This document shows positions 7,908 to 17,824 of a DNA stretch of 64,000 nucleotides, one piece after another (position 1 is the stretch's first letter; each line of letters starts with the position of its first letter). Below the pieces are notes generated by a model, which saw only the letters and a program-made list of their open reading frames with translations, did not search any database and had not been told where the DNA came from. Source of the stretch: Deltaproteobacteria bacterium (GTDB lineage: Bacteria; Desulfobacterota; Desulfobulbia; Desulfobulbales; JAJRZW01); NCBI GenBank assembly GCA_024275015.1, contig JAJRZW010000016.1, positions 6,899 to 70,898 of the forward strand. Direction: 5' to 3'. The position numbers and the translations under genes were made by a program.

Positions 7908-9296
7908 ATGGAAAAAATACTTATTGTCGATGACGAACTGAGCATGAGGGAATTCCTCAAGATCCTCCTTGAAAAGGAAGGATATGATGCCATGGTTGCC
8001 GCCGACGGCGATGCGGCCCTTGCGGCCCTGGGGAACAACGCCGTCGATCTCCTGATAACCGACGTCAGGATGCCCGGAACCAGCGGCCTTGAGCTGCTCA
8101 AGCAATGCAAGGACGACAACCTCAATCTGCCGGTGGTGATGATCACCGCCTTTGCCTCCCCTGACGACGCCGTCTTTGCCATGAAGCAGGGGGCCTATGA
8201 TTACATCACCAAACCGTTCCAGGTCGACGAAATCAAGACCGTGGTAAAAAACGCCCTGAAAAGCCGGGCATCCATCCCCGAGAAACCGCTTGAATCAGGG
8301 CAGACAAGCTTCCAGGGCATTGTCGGGCGAAGTCCGGAAATGGGCAAGATATTCGACCTGATCCGACGTATCGCCCCCACCCCGGCAAACGTCCTGATCC
8401 AGGGGGAGTCCGGCACCGGCAAGGAGCTTGTCGCCCGGGCCATCCACGCATTAAGCCCGGCCGCGGGCCACGCTTTTGTCCCCATCTCCTGCAACGCCAT
8501 CCCCGAATCCCTGTTCGAATCCGAGCTCTTCGGCCATGTGAAAGGCTCGTTCACCGGGGCGGTGGCCAACAAGGAAGGATTGTTGGTCCAAGCTGATAAA
8601 GGCAGCGCATTTTTCGATGAAATCGGCGAACTGACCCCCTTCATCCAGACCAAGCTCCTCCGGGTTCTCCAGGAACGGGAATTTAAAAAGGTCGGCGACA
8701 CCGCGACCACCAGGGTGAACCTGAGGATCATTTCAGCCACCAACAAAGACCTTGAGGAAGAGGTAATCAACGGCGACTTCCGTGAAGACCTCTTCTACCG
8801 TCTGGCGGTGATCCCCCTGCGGATTTCGCCGCTGCGGGAACGAAAGGAAGATATTCCCCTTCTGATTGACCATTTCCTTGAAAAATACTCACGCCGTTTC
8901 GATAAAAACATCACTGATATCTCCACCTACGCCCGTCAGGTTCTGATGGAATACGATTTTCCCGGCAATGTCCGCGAACTTGAAAACATCATTGAACGAG
9001 GGGTCGCCCTTGAAGGCTCCAATATCATCCTCCCGGAGAGTCTCACCCTCTCAAGCCACCGCAAGGACACCACGACAGACGATACGAGCTCAGGCGATAC
9101 CCGCCCGGTCACCGCCCCCTTTTCCGAAGAACGCCTCTTTGACATCGGCCTTGAAAAAATAATGGCCCAGACGGAAAAAAGACTTATCGAACGGGGCCTG
9201 GCCCGGGCCGGAAACTCAAAGATCAAGGCGGCGGAACTGTTGAAGATCAGTTTCAGATCCATCCGCTATAAAATCAAGAAATACGGAATAAAATGA
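7908..9296 (+). CDS. Sigma-54-dependent response regulator (NtrC family: REC + AAA+ + Fis-type HTH)
   Basis: Track ORF 7842..9296. MEKILIVDDELSMREFL..DLLITDVRMPG is the receiver, GESGTGKELVARAIH is Walker A, GAFTGA appears in the variant form GSFTGA, and the C-terminal HTH reads AAELLKISFRSIRYKIKKYGI. The start is moved to 7908. Confidence 0.9.
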   Translation: MEKILIVDDELSMREFLKILLEKEGYDAMVAADGDAALAALGNNAVDLLITDVRMPGTSGLELLKQCKDDNLNLPVVMITAFASPDDAVFAMKQGAYDYITKPFQVDEIKTVVKNALKSRASIPEKPLESGQTSFQGIVGRSPEMGKIFDLIRRIAPTPANVLIQGESGTGKELVARAIHALSPAAGHAFVPISCNAIPESLFESELFGHVKGSFTGAVANKEGLLVQADKGSAFFDEIGELTPFIQTKLLRVLQEREFKKVGDTATTRVNLRIISATNKDLEEEVINGDFREDLFYRLAVIPLRISPLRERKEDIPLLIDHFLEKYSRRFDKNITDISTYARQVLMEYDFPGNVRELENIIERGVALEGSNIILPESLTLSSHRKDTTTDDTSSGDTRPVTAPFSEERLFDIGLEKIMAQTEKRLIERGLARAGNSKIKAAELLKISFRSIRYKIKKYGIK

Positions 9297-10960
9297 CCTT
9301 CGCGGCCGCCCTGCCCCCCCCCCCCATGGGACGAAATAAAAGAATCCTCCAATGGCACTTCATGGGCCGGCTTGTAGTCTTAAGTCTCCTTATGGGGGTA
9401 AGCCTCCTGATTGAGGGGCGCAGCCACGGCAGCGCCTCCTTTTTCGTCCCGGCCCGCTACCTCCTGGGATTCATTGCCGCCCTCTACTTTTACACCCTTG
9501 TCGGCGCCCTGATTCTCAATAAGATCAAACGGATATCGATGTTCGCCGGAATCCAGATCGCCGGCGATATCGCCATGATCACCCTGTTGGTAATGGCAAG
9601 CGGCGGCAGCCAGACCATATTTACCGCCATCTACTTCTTCCCGATCATCACCGCGTCTTTTCTCTTCAAACGGGTCGGGACCCTGTTCATCGCCTCACTC
9701 GCCACCATCCTCTACGGTACAGCTCTGCTTCTGGAATACTTCGGCTACGTCGCCTTCTTCAACCTGTGGAGTTCCCCGCTCAGCGATATCATGATGGTTC
9801 TCCACTTTTTCGCCATTCACGGTCTCCTGTTTTTTCTCGTCGCCGGATTGAGTATCTTTCTGGCCGAGCGCATGAGATCCACCGAGCGGGAGTTGAGCCG
9901 GAGTTCAAGGGATTATGACCGCCTTCAGATCCTCTACCGCCAGGTATTCAACGACATCACCACCGGCATCATCACCCTTGCGGCCGACAACCGGATAACC
10001 TCGCTTAACCCTGCCGCCACCGAGATCACCGGCTACCAAGCCGCGGAACTGATCGACCGGCAAATAAACGCCATCTTCCCCGGATTTGAACTGGATTCCA
10101 CCGGAGGACAGAGAACCGTGGCCACCCTTACCCGCAAGAATGGCCGGACGATACCGGTGGGATTTTCCTGGAACCTGCTGAACATGCCGGAACCATGCGA
10201 CGACTGCCGGGTCATCACCATGCAGGACTTAAGCCGCATCCAGGAGATGGAGAAAAAGATAAAACAGGCGGAAAAAATGGCGACCATCGGCGAAATGGCG
10301 GCCGGCATTGCCCATGATTTCAGGAACCCCCTGGCCGCTATCTCCGGTGCCGCCCAGGTATTGGATGATGATACCGCCTCAAACTCGGCTGATTCCCGCC
10401 TGGCGGAAATCATCGTCCGGGAATGTTCCCGGATGGAAGAAACAATTACCGACTTCCTCCGTTTTTCCAAACCGGCACCACCGGAGATGGAATGGTTTTC
10501 CCTCCATCCGATGATCGATGAAATAATCGCCATGTTTGCCCACGGCAAAAAATACAATGAGATCCCGATGACCATTGTCAACCTTACCCCCCCCGACCTC
10601 GACTGCTGGGCCGATCCGGACCAGAGCCGTCATATACTCATGAACCTTGTCGCTAACAGCCTCAACGCGACCAACAACAGTACGGAAGACCCGCTTATCA
10701 CCATCCAGGCGACAGAAAAAAAGACAGGGGAAAATAGTGATCAGACGGTAATAGAGGTCGAGGACAACGGCACCGGAATAAAGGAAGAACTCAAGGAAAA
10801 AATATTTGAACCATTCTTTACTACCCGGGAAAACGGCACCTGCCTGGGGCTGGCCATTGTCAAACAGATCGCCGAAAACCATAAGGGCCGGGTGGAACTT
10901 GAAAGCGCGACCGGAAAGACCATATTCCGCCTCTATCTGCCGCTACCGGGGGAAGGATAA
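9293..10960 (+). CDS. Membrane sensor histidine kinase (multi-TM N-terminus, PAS, HisKA, HATPase_c; PilS/NtrB-like architecture)
   Basis: The ATGA start/stop overlap with the upstream regulator is present. About 6 hydrophobic segments are followed by a PAS domain (ITGIITLAADNRITSLNPAATEITGY), the H-box AAGIAHDFRNPLAAI and the G-boxes VEDNGTGI..GTCLGLAIV. The start is ambiguous between 9293 and 9326 (see the C12 tract finding). Confidence 0.85.
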   Translation: MTFAAALPPPPMGRNKRILQWHFMGRLVVLSLLMGVSLLIEGRSHGSASFFVPARYLLGFIAALYFYTLVGALILNKIKRISMFAGIQIAGDIAMITLLVMASGGSQTIFTAIYFFPIITASFLFKRVGTLFIASLATILYGTALLLEYFGYVAFFNLWSSPLSDIMMVLHFFAIHGLLFFLVAGLSIFLAERMRSTERELSRSSRDYDRLQILYRQVFNDITTGIITLAADNRITSLNPAATEITGYQAAELIDRQINAIFPGFELDSTGGQRTVATLTRKNGRTIPVGFSWNLLNMPEPCDDCRVITMQDLSRIQEMEKKIKQAEKMATIGEMAAGIAHDFRNPLAAISGAAQVLDDDTASNSADSRLAEIIVRECSRMEETITDFLRFSKPAPPEMEWFSLHPMIDEIIAMFAHGKKYNEIPMTIVNLTPPDLDCWADPDQSRHILMNLVANSLNATNNSTEDPLITIQATEKKTGENSDQTVIEVEDNGTGIKEELKEKIFEPFFTTRENGTCLGLAIVKQIAENHKGRVELESATGKTIFRLYLPLPGEG

Positions 10961-10963
10961 AAT

Positions 10964-11878
10964 TCAGCGCCACCAGCCGACAAGGCTGAGGCCCAGATAC
11001 AACAGGAACCATATCCCAAAGGCCATGGTTCCCCATCGGCACTTCCACCCCCGAGCGGGAATAATGGCCAGGACTACGAGCGGCAGGGCCGGAAAAACAA
11101 TCCCGGCCCAGAAAGGCTGAATATAACGCAGGAGTTCCTGCAGCCCGACAAAAAACCAGGGACCGGAGATATGCGCTACCCCGAGTTGTTCAGCAACCAG
11201 GGGAGCGGGGATGACGAGGGATGAAAAAAACAGCAGGGCCACCATCATGCCATGATCGCCGACCCGGAACCGGTAACGGTGCAGATGCCCCCAGAGAAGT
11301 AGCAGCAGAACAAGGGGCAGCCCGGCAAGATGATCGGCATAGACCACCTTTAAACTGTTTTCACTGATGGCGAAGAGGAAACGGTTGACCATCGCCCCGA
11401 AGACCGGCATGGAGAGGAGGATATTCTCAGCAACCGCCCCGGCGGCGCGGCCGGTGGCATCCATCTTCAACACATAACCGCTGAAAAGAAGCAGGGTGAC
11501 AACCGGCAGGGCGGCCAGTAATTGCAGCCACTGTTTCATCCCTTCCCGCCTCCCCGCCGGGGGCGTCCGGGTGGATCGGGAGGCTTCACACCCCTTGCCC
11601 GCCCTGATTCGCATGAGGATGACGCCAAGATGAAAAAGGAAAAAGATAAAAAAAAGCTGACTTGAATAATAATGCAGGGAGCGGACAAAAGCGCCGAAAG
11701 GGGCCAGCAGGTCAATACTGACCACGGAACTATAAGGGGCGGAAACGTCATACTTAAAGGCCAGAACCACCCCGGAAAACGCCGACAGCAGAAGCGGGGT
11801 AACGCACAGTTCCCCCCATCGCGCGTCAACAAAGCCCTGACGGATCTTTGCCGGAGCTTTAACCAGCGGGGCAAACAT
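10964..11878 (-). CDS. Cytochrome b (b6-like N-terminal half fused to a subunit-IV-like C-terminal half)
   Basis: The helix-B pair is RSLHYYSSQLFFIFFLFH (His spacing 14). The helix-D pair is DHLAGLPLVLLLLLWGH (spacing 15, as in b6). SGYVLKMD resembles TGYSLPWD of b6, and GPWFFVGLQELLRY sits at the position of the PEWY motif. The start overlaps the Rieske gene stop. Confidence 0.72.
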   Translation of the reverse strand: MFAPLVKAPAKIRQGFVDARWGELCVTPLLLSAFSGVVLAFKYDVSAPYSSVVSIDLLAPFGAFVRSLHYYSSQLFFIFFLFHLGVILMRIRAGKGCEASRSTRTPPAGRREGMKQWLQLLAALPVVTLLLFSGYVLKMDATGRAAGAVAENILLSMPVFGAMVNRFLFAISENSLKVVYADHLAGLPLVLLLLLWGHLHRYRFRVGDHGMMVALLFFSSLVIPAPLVAEQLGVAHISGPWFFVGLQELLRYIQPFWAGIVFPALPLVVLAIIPARGWKCRWGTMAFGIWFLLYLGLSLVGWWR

Positions 11879-12300
11879 CAGATGCTCACCACAAAGCCCT
11901 GACCCTGCCGACGGACAGGAAAGAGATCAAGGCTCCTTCGGGCCGGGCCTGCCAGACGCCGGCCGTTAAGGTCAAAACGGCTGTGGTGGCAGGGGCAGAC
12001 CAACTGCCGGCTCTCCTCGTTATAATTCAGACGGCAACCGAGATGAGTACAGTGCCGCGATATGGCCCGGGGGCCGGATCGGGTATCAAAGATGATAAAC
12101 CCGGGCTCAATGATGAACCCGCCTTTTTTCAAGGTCTTTGCCACCGTTACCAGCTTGGGGGGCTTTCTGACATGAAAGCGGAGAAAAGCGGTAAGGGGAG
12201 CGGCAAAGCCGCCCAGCAGCAACAGTTTAAATACAGTCGCCAGAAACGTCCGCCGCGTCGGATTCTCCCCGCCTGCTCCTTTTTTCTCAAGCGCGGCCAT
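11878..12300 (-). CDS. Rieske [2Fe-2S] protein with Tat-type signal/anchor
   Basis: Track ORF 11878..12372. It has CTHLGC..(16)..CPCHHS Rieske boxes and RRTFLATVFKLLLLGG twin-arginine-like N-terminus. The start is moved to M25 (12300), which avoids overlap with coaD. Confidence 0.82.
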   Translation of the reverse strand: MAALEKKGAGGENPTRRTFLATVFKLLLLGGFAAPLTAFLRFHVRKPPKLVTVAKTLKKGGFIIEPGFIIFDTRSGPRAISRHCTHLGCRLNYNEESRQLVCPCHHSRFDLNGRRLAGPARRSLDLFPVRRQGQGFVVSI

Positions 12301-12304
12301 GGAA

Positions 12305-12829
12305 TCATCGCCCCTGCATGAATCGCTGCCGGAGACGCTCACAGACATGATCCGGAACCAGACCGCTGACATCGCCGCCGTGACGGGCGGCGTCTTTAAT
12401 AATGCTTGAGCTGATGTATATCCAGCGAAACCCGGTCATCAGAAATACCGTTTCAACCTCCCGCTCTATCCTCCGGTTCATAAGAGCCAGCTGAAACTCG
12501 TAATCAAAGTCACTGACCGCCCGCAGGCCACGGATAATCGCCTTGGCCCCCCGGGTATAGGCATAGTCAACCAGGAGCCCGGAAACGGTATCGGTCTCGA
12601 CCCGGTCGGCATCATCAGGAAAACATTCCCGGATCATCTCAACCCTTTCCTCCACCTTGAACAGCGGCTCCTTGGAACTGTTGACGGCAACGACGACGAT
12701 CACCCGGTCAAAGAGGGTAAGGCCGCGATTGATAATATCCAGGTGTCCCATGGTGATGGGATCAAAGGTGCCGGGATAGACGGCCACCGATTCCGAGGTC
12801 TTTTCCGGTATGAATGGGGTATAGGTCAT
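12305..12829 (-). CDS. coaD: Phosphopantetheine adenylyltransferase
   Basis: The motif VAVYPGTFDPITMGHLDIINRG (T/HxGH motif) and the typical ~160-170 aa length support the call. Confidence 0.92.
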   Translation of the reverse strand: MTYTPFIPEKTSESVAVYPGTFDPITMGHLDIINRGLTLFDRVIVVVAVNSSKEPLFKVEERVEMIRECFPDDADRVETDTVSGLLVDYAYTRGAKAIIRGLRAVSDFDYEFQLALMNRRIEREVETVFLMTGFRWIYISSSIIKDAARHGGDVSGLVPDHVCERLRQRFMQGR

Positions 12830-12952
12830 TGATTCAACGGTTCAGGGTTAAAAAAATGGCCGGAGTATCAGAAGCCGGAAGGCAGGAGGCCACCGAAATC
12901 TTCTTTACCCGGTAGCATGCCTGCCGGAATTAACCGTTACTTTGTCACTCCG

Positions 12953-13516
12953 TCACTCCCGATTATAAAACCAGAAGGCGTTTTCACCATAACGACGGAT
13001 CTGGGAGATGACAAGCCCGGACAGCTCTTCCGGGAGATCAGCGCCGCGTCTCTCCTCGGCGATCACCAGACAATCAGGGGCCATCAGCCCCGAGGCGGAG
13101 AGTCCGGCAAGGATGGGCTCATGAAAACCGGATTCATAGGGAGGGTCAAGAAAAACAAGGTCAAATCCGGCGTCCGGCATGGCCTTTACAAGCGGGGACA
13201 GCCCATGCCCCAGGTCGCACATGATTAAACGGCAACGATCAGCGGCGGCACAGATGGCGATATTGGCGGCAATCAACCGATTGGCACCCGGGTTGGCCTC
13301 AACCAGAACCGTTTCGTCCGCGCCGCGGCTTTCGGCCTCGAGTCCGACGGCCCCGGTGCCGGCAAAGAGATCAAGGAATCGGGCGCCGGTTATCCGGGGG
13401 CCGATGATATTAAACAGCGATTCCCGGGCCCGGTCAGAGGTTGGACGGATCGAAAAATCATTTTTTGCCGGGGCCTTCAGGCTACGCCCCCGGTTGCGTC
13501 CGGCAATTATCCGCAT
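12953..13516 (-). CDS. rsmD: 16S rRNA (guanine966-N2)-methyltransferase
   Basis: The sequence shows MRIIAGRNRGRSLKAP...RPTSDRARESLFNII...FLDLFAGTGAVGLEA...DPPY. Confidence 0.88.
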   Translation of the reverse strand: MRIIAGRNRGRSLKAPAKNDFSIRPTSDRARESLFNIIGPRITGARFLDLFAGTGAVGLEAESRGADETVLVEANPGANRLIAANIAICAAADRCRLIMCDLGHGLSPLVKAMPDAGFDLVFLDPPYESGFHEPILAGLSASGLMAPDCLVIAEERRGADLPEELSGLVISQIRRYGENAFWFYNRE

Positions 13517-13696
13517 GTCGTTATAAACTTATGGGTATCTTGAAAAATGAGGATTTTCGTCCGAGGCCAAGGAATGAGCAAAATTAAAAAAGCGCAGTCC
13601 CGCCATGGCGTCATGAGCATTTTTCATTTTGCTCATGACACCGTAATCAGGCGAAAAGACCATTTTTCAAGATACCCTTGTCACTTTGTCACAAAT

Positions 13697-13827
13697 GATG
13701 GCGTCGTAAAAAACAGCAAATCATCATTTTTGTCATTCCGGACTTGATCCGGAATCATGTGATGAAACACATTATGGATTCCGGTCTTCGCCGGAATGAC
13801 GGAAAGAAAGGATTTTTGCGAAATCAT
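13697..13827. repeat. Family B repeat (uninterrupted reference copy)
   Basis: It contains GTCATTCCGGACTTGATCCGGAATC ... GGATTCCGGTCTTCGCCGGAATGAC, with inverted GGAAT/ATTCC arms. It fills the rsmD-asd gap together with a degenerate family D-like segment (13545..13690). Confidence 0.7.
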
Positions 13828-13828
13828 A

Positions 13829-14854
13829 TCACAAATACTTTTCAACCAGGACCTCGGCGATCTGGACCGCGTTCAGGGCCGCGCCCTTGAGGATATTATC
13901 GGCCACCACCCAGAGGTTAATGCCGTTGGCGATTGACTCGTCCTCACGGATACGGCCGACCATGGTCTCGAATTTTCCCTCACAGTCAACCGCGAGGGGA
14001 TATTGGGCCAAATCCGGCCCATCCACCACCTTTACCCCAGGGGCTGAGGCGAGAAGATCTTTTACCCCGGAAGCACTGATCTTCCTGTCAGTCTCGATAT
14101 TTACCGCCTCGGAATGGCCGTAGAACACCGGCACCCGCACGGTGGTGGCAGTGACCCCGATACCGTTATCCTCAAAGATTTTGCGGGTCTCGTTGACCAT
14201 CTTCATCTCTTCTCTGGTATAGCCGTTATCAAGAAAGATGTCGATATGGGGCAGACAGTTGAAAAGGATCTGATGCGGATAGACCTCGTGTTTAATCGTC
14301 CTGCCGGCGGCGAAGTCCTCTGCCTGCCGTCGTAATTCAGCAATCGCCGCGGCCCCGGTGCCGCTCACCGCCTGATAGGTGGATACCACGATCCTTTTTA
14401 TCCCCGCCTTATCGTAAATCGGCTTCAGAGCCACCAGCATCTGAATGGTCGAACAATTGGGATTGGCTATAATCCCGTGTTTTTTATAACCGGCAATGGC
14501 ATGGGGATTGACCTCGGGAACCACCAGGGGAATCTCAGGGTCCATGCGATAGGCACTGGAGTTATCAACCACCACCGCCCCGGCCGCCGCCGCCGCGGGG
14601 GCGAACTCAAACGAACGCGAGGCCCCGGCGGAAAAGAGGGCGATATCAATATCGGCAAAGGAATCCTTGCGCATCACCTCCACCGCGACCTCCTCGCCGC
14701 GGAATTTCAACTTCCTGCCCTCGGAACGCTCCGAGGCCAGGAGACGGAGATTATTCAGTGGAAAGTCACGGCGTTCAAGGACCTTGAGCATGGCACCGCC
14801 GACCGCGCCGGTAGCACCGGCAACCGCGACATTGAATTTTCTCTCACCCATCAC
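13829..14854 (-). CDS. asd: Aspartate-semialdehyde dehydrogenase
   Basis: The sequence shows NVAVAGATGAVGGAMLKVLE, IIANPNCSTIQM (active-site Cys) and YQAVSGTG. Confidence 0.95.
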   Translation of the reverse strand: MMGERKFNVAVAGATGAVGGAMLKVLERRDFPLNNLRLLASERSEGRKLKFRGEEVAVEVMRKDSFADIDIALFSAGASRSFEFAPAAAAAGAVVVDNSSAYRMDPEIPLVVPEVNPHAIAGYKKHGIIANPNCSTIQMLVALKPIYDKAGIKRIVVSTYQAVSGTGAAAIAELRRQAEDFAAGRTIKHEVYPHQILFNCLPHIDIFLDNGYTREEMKMVNETRKIFEDNGIGVTATTVRVPVFYGHSEAVNIETDRKISASGVKDLLASAPGVKVVDGPDLAQYPLAVDCEGKFETMVGRIREDESIANGINLWVVADNILKGAALNAVQIAEVLVEKYL

Positions 14855-14863
14855 CGCCTCCCG

Positions 14864-15922
14864 TTACAACGCGGCGGCGACGAGATCGCCGATCTCGTCG
14901 GTGCCGTAGCCCATGCGGCCAGCAGACATGGACTTCATTTTCTCCGCCACCACCGTCCTGATCGCCTGTTCCACCGAGGCCGCGGCCTCGGTCTCACCAA
15001 GATAATCAAGCATCATCTGAGCCGCGCCTATGGCGGCCATAGGGTTAATCACGTTCTGACCGGTATACTTGGGGGCGCTGCCGCCGATGGGCTCGAACAT
15101 GCTGACCCCCTCGGGGTTGAGGTTACCGCCGGCGGCAATCCCCATGCCACCCTGAATCATCGCCCCGAGATCGGTGATGATATCGCCGAACATATTATCG
15201 GTAACGATGACGTCAAACCAATCGGGATTCTTGACCATCCACATACAGGTGGCATCAACATGGGCGTAATCGGTCTGGATATCGGGATATTCTTCCGCAA
15301 CCTCATAGAAGGCCCGAGCCCAGAGGTCAAAGGCAAAGGTGAGGACATTTGTTTTGCCGCACAGGGTTACCTTTTTGCCCTTATTACGCTTACGGGCGTA
15401 TTCAAAGGCGAAGCGAATACAACGTTCCACCCCCTTGCGGGTATTGATCGACTCCTGAATCGCGACCTCATCCGGGGTTCCCTTCTTCAGTACTCCGCCG
15501 GCACCGGCGTAAAGTCCCTCGGTATTCTCGCGAACGACGACAAAATCGATGTCATCCGGGCCCTTGTCCTTCAGGGGGGTATCAACATTGGGATATAGAA
15601 TAATCGGACGCAGGTTGACGTATTGATCAAGGGCGAAACGCAGGGCAAGGAGAATTCCCTTCTCAAGTATCCCGGGCTTGACGTCCGGATGGCCGATGGC
15701 GCCGAGGAAAATGGCGTCGTTCCTTGAGAGTTCCTCCACCGCGTTCTCCGGCAGAACCTCGCCGGTCCTGAGATAACGGTCGCCGCCGTAATCAAAATGG
15801 GAGTAGTCAAGGGTGAAGCCGAATTTCGCCGCCGCCTTGTCTAAGACCTTTACCCCTTCGGCAACCACTTCAGGCCCGGTACCGTCTCCGGGCATTACTG
15901 CTATCTTATGCGTTCTGGCCAT
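14864..15922 (-). CDS. leuB: 3-isopropylmalate dehydrogenase (isocitrate/isopropylmalate/tartrate dehydrogenase family)
   Basis: The sequence shows [26 protein letters not shown] and [12 protein letters not shown]. It sits next to leuA. Specificity within the family is not provable by eye. Confidence 0.85.
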   Translation of the reverse strand: MARTHKIAVMPGDGTGPEVVAEGVKVLDKAAAKFGFTLDYSHFDYGGDRYLRTGEVLPENAVEELSRNDAIFLGAIGHPDVKPGILEKGILLALRFALDQYVNLRPIILYPNVDTPLKDKGPDDIDFVVVRENTEGLYAGAGGVLKKGTPDEVAIQESINTRKGVERCIRFAFEYARKRNKGKKVTLCGKTNVLTFAFDLWARAFYEVAEEYPDIQTDYAHVDATCMWMVKNPDWFDVIVTDNMFGDIITDLGAMIQGGMGIAAGGNLNPEGVSMFEPIGGSAPKYTGQNVINPMAAIGAAQMMLDYLGETEAAASVEQAIRTVVAEKMKSMSAGRMGYGTDEIGDLVAAAL

Positions 15923-16014
15923 TTTTTAATTCCTTTTCTGCATGGGTTTAAAAATAAAATTCACAAAAAAAATCACGGCGGCATCAATTCCCGCACCCCA
16001 AGCGCCAATCACCC

Positions 16015-16132
16015 CCATGCGCCGCCGATTTCATCGGAGTGAAAAACCCTGTGAAATCAAGAGGTTGACCGAAACTTGTTTTAGCCAACCGGAGTTTAGA
16101 AAACCATGGACGGCTTTTTAAACGGTCTGATA
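16015..16132 (+). repeat. Family A repeat, partial (modules 2-5)
   Basis: The sequence is ..CATGCGCCGCCGATTTCATCGGAGTGAAAAACCCTGTGAAATCAAGAGGTTGACCGAAACTTGTTTTAGCCAACCGGAGTTTAGAAAACCATGGACGGCTTTTTAAACGGTCTGATA. Confidence 0.75.
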
Positions 16133-16205
16133 TGAACCGCAGAGATCAAACAACGGCAACGAGATATACACCAAAAATCACGAAAAACGAAGGGGGAAAG
16201 ACGAC

Positions 16206-17744
16206 TTAGGATGAATTATTTTCCGCATTTTTCAGGTACGCGAGACGATTAAGGGCATTAAGGTAAGACTTGGCCGCGGCGGTGATGATATCCGGGTCGG
16301 CACCCTGGCCCACCACCACCCGGCCGTTATCCTCAACCCTTACCATGACCTCTCCCTGGGCGTCGGTGCCGCCGGTGATCGAATTGACCGAGAAAAAAAG
16401 AAGTTTGCTTCTGGTCCCGGTCAACTGGGCAATTGCCCGAAAGACCGCGTCAATGGGACCGATCCCCAGGGACGATGCCTCTACCTCCTCGCCGTTGACC
16501 TTGAGTCTGATCCCGGCGGTGGGCATCACCCGGCTGCCGCTCATGACTCCGAGGGTAACAAGCTCGTAGGCCTCGGTGATCCGAAAGACCTCATCCAGCA
16601 TAATCGCCTCAAGGTCCTCGTCAAACATCTCCTTCTTGACATCGGCAAGGGCCTTGAAACGATCAAACACCCGGTTAAGCTCGTCATCGTTGAGCTTATA
16701 ACCCATGGATACAAGCCGGTCTTTCAGGGCATGGCGGCCGGAATGCTTGCCAAGGACGATATTGCCCTTGTGGAGGCCGATATCCTCGGGGTTCATGATC
16801 TCGTAGGTGGTCCGCTCTTTCAACACTCCGTCCTGGTGGATCCCGGACTCATGGGCAAAGGCGTTGGCGCCAACAATGGCCTTGTTGGGCTGCACCGGCA
16901 TTCCGGTGATATTGCTCACCTGGCGACTGGTGGGATAAATATGGCAGGTATCGATATCGGTCCTTACCGGTGACAGATCGCCCCGGGTCCGGATCGCCAT
17001 CACCAGCTCTTCCATGGCAGTGTTTCCGGCCCGCTCACCGAGACCATTAACGGTACACTCCACCTGCCTTGCTCCGGCATTAACCGCGGCAAGGGAATTG
17101 GCCACTGCAAGACCGAGATCGTTATGGCAGTGGACACTCAGGACCGCCTGGTCAATATTGGGAATATTGGCCATCAGGTAGGCGATCTGGCGGCCAAACT
17201 CGTCCGGAAGGGCGTAGCCGGTGGTATCGGGAAAGTTCAGGGTGGTGGCGCCGGCAGCTATAACCGCGGTAAAAACCTTGCAGACGAAATCAAGGTCGCT
17301 GCGGGAGGCGTCTTCGGCGGAAAACTCAACGTTCGGGGTAAGGGAGGCGGCGTAACGCACCGATTCAACCGCCAGCCCCAGTACCTGGTTCCGATCCATG
17401 CGCAATTTATGTTTCAGGTGGATATCAGAGGTGGCGAGAAAGGTATGAATCCGCGGGTTATCCCCGTTTTTCAGGGCCTCCCAGGCGACATCGATATCCT
17501 TTTTATTACAGCGGGCCAGACCCGCTACCTGGATCTCACCATGAAGGTTATCGGCAATATTCCTGACACAGTCAAAATCACCTTTGGACGCCACCGGGAA
17601 ACCGGCCTCGATGACATCCACCCTGAGCTTGACCAACTGCCGGGCGAGACGAAACTTTTCCTGGAGGTTCATGCTTGCCCCGGGCGACTGTTCCCCGTCC
17701 CGGAGGGTGGTGTCGAATATATAAATCTTGTCTTTATCTGCCAT
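16206..17744 (-). CDS. leuA: 2-isopropylmalate synthase
   Basis: The sequence shows IFDTTLRDGEQSPG, HCHNDLGLAVANSLAA and a C-terminal LeuA dimerisation/regulatory domain. Confidence 0.95.
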   Translation of the reverse strand: MADKDKIYIFDTTLRDGEQSPGASMNLQEKFRLARQLVKLRVDVIEAGFPVASKGDFDCVRNIADNLHGEIQVAGLARCNKKDIDVAWEALKNGDNPRIHTFLATSDIHLKHKLRMDRNQVLGLAVESVRYAASLTPNVEFSAEDASRSDLDFVCKVFTAVIAAGATTLNFPDTTGYALPDEFGRQIAYLMANIPNIDQAVLSVHCHNDLGLAVANSLAAVNAGARQVECTVNGLGERAGNTAMEELVMAIRTRGDLSPVRTDIDTCHIYPTSRQVSNITGMPVQPNKAIVGANAFAHESGIHQDGVLKERTTYEIMNPEDIGLHKGNIVLGKHSGRHALKDRLVSMGYKLNDDELNRVFDRFKALADVKKEMFDEDLEAIMLDEVFRITEAYELVTLGVMSGSRVMPTAGIRLKVNGEEVEASSLGIGPIDAVFRAIAQLTGTRSKLLFFSVNSITGGTDAQGEVMVRVEDNGRVVVGQGADPDIITAAAKSYLNALNRLAYLKNAENNSS

Positions 17745-17824
17745 TTTTATCTACTTTTTTTGATGGTCTCCTGAATCCGTGAGCGGAAAGGCTCGGCACA
17801 GATGCAAGGCGGCAACAGCGAAAA

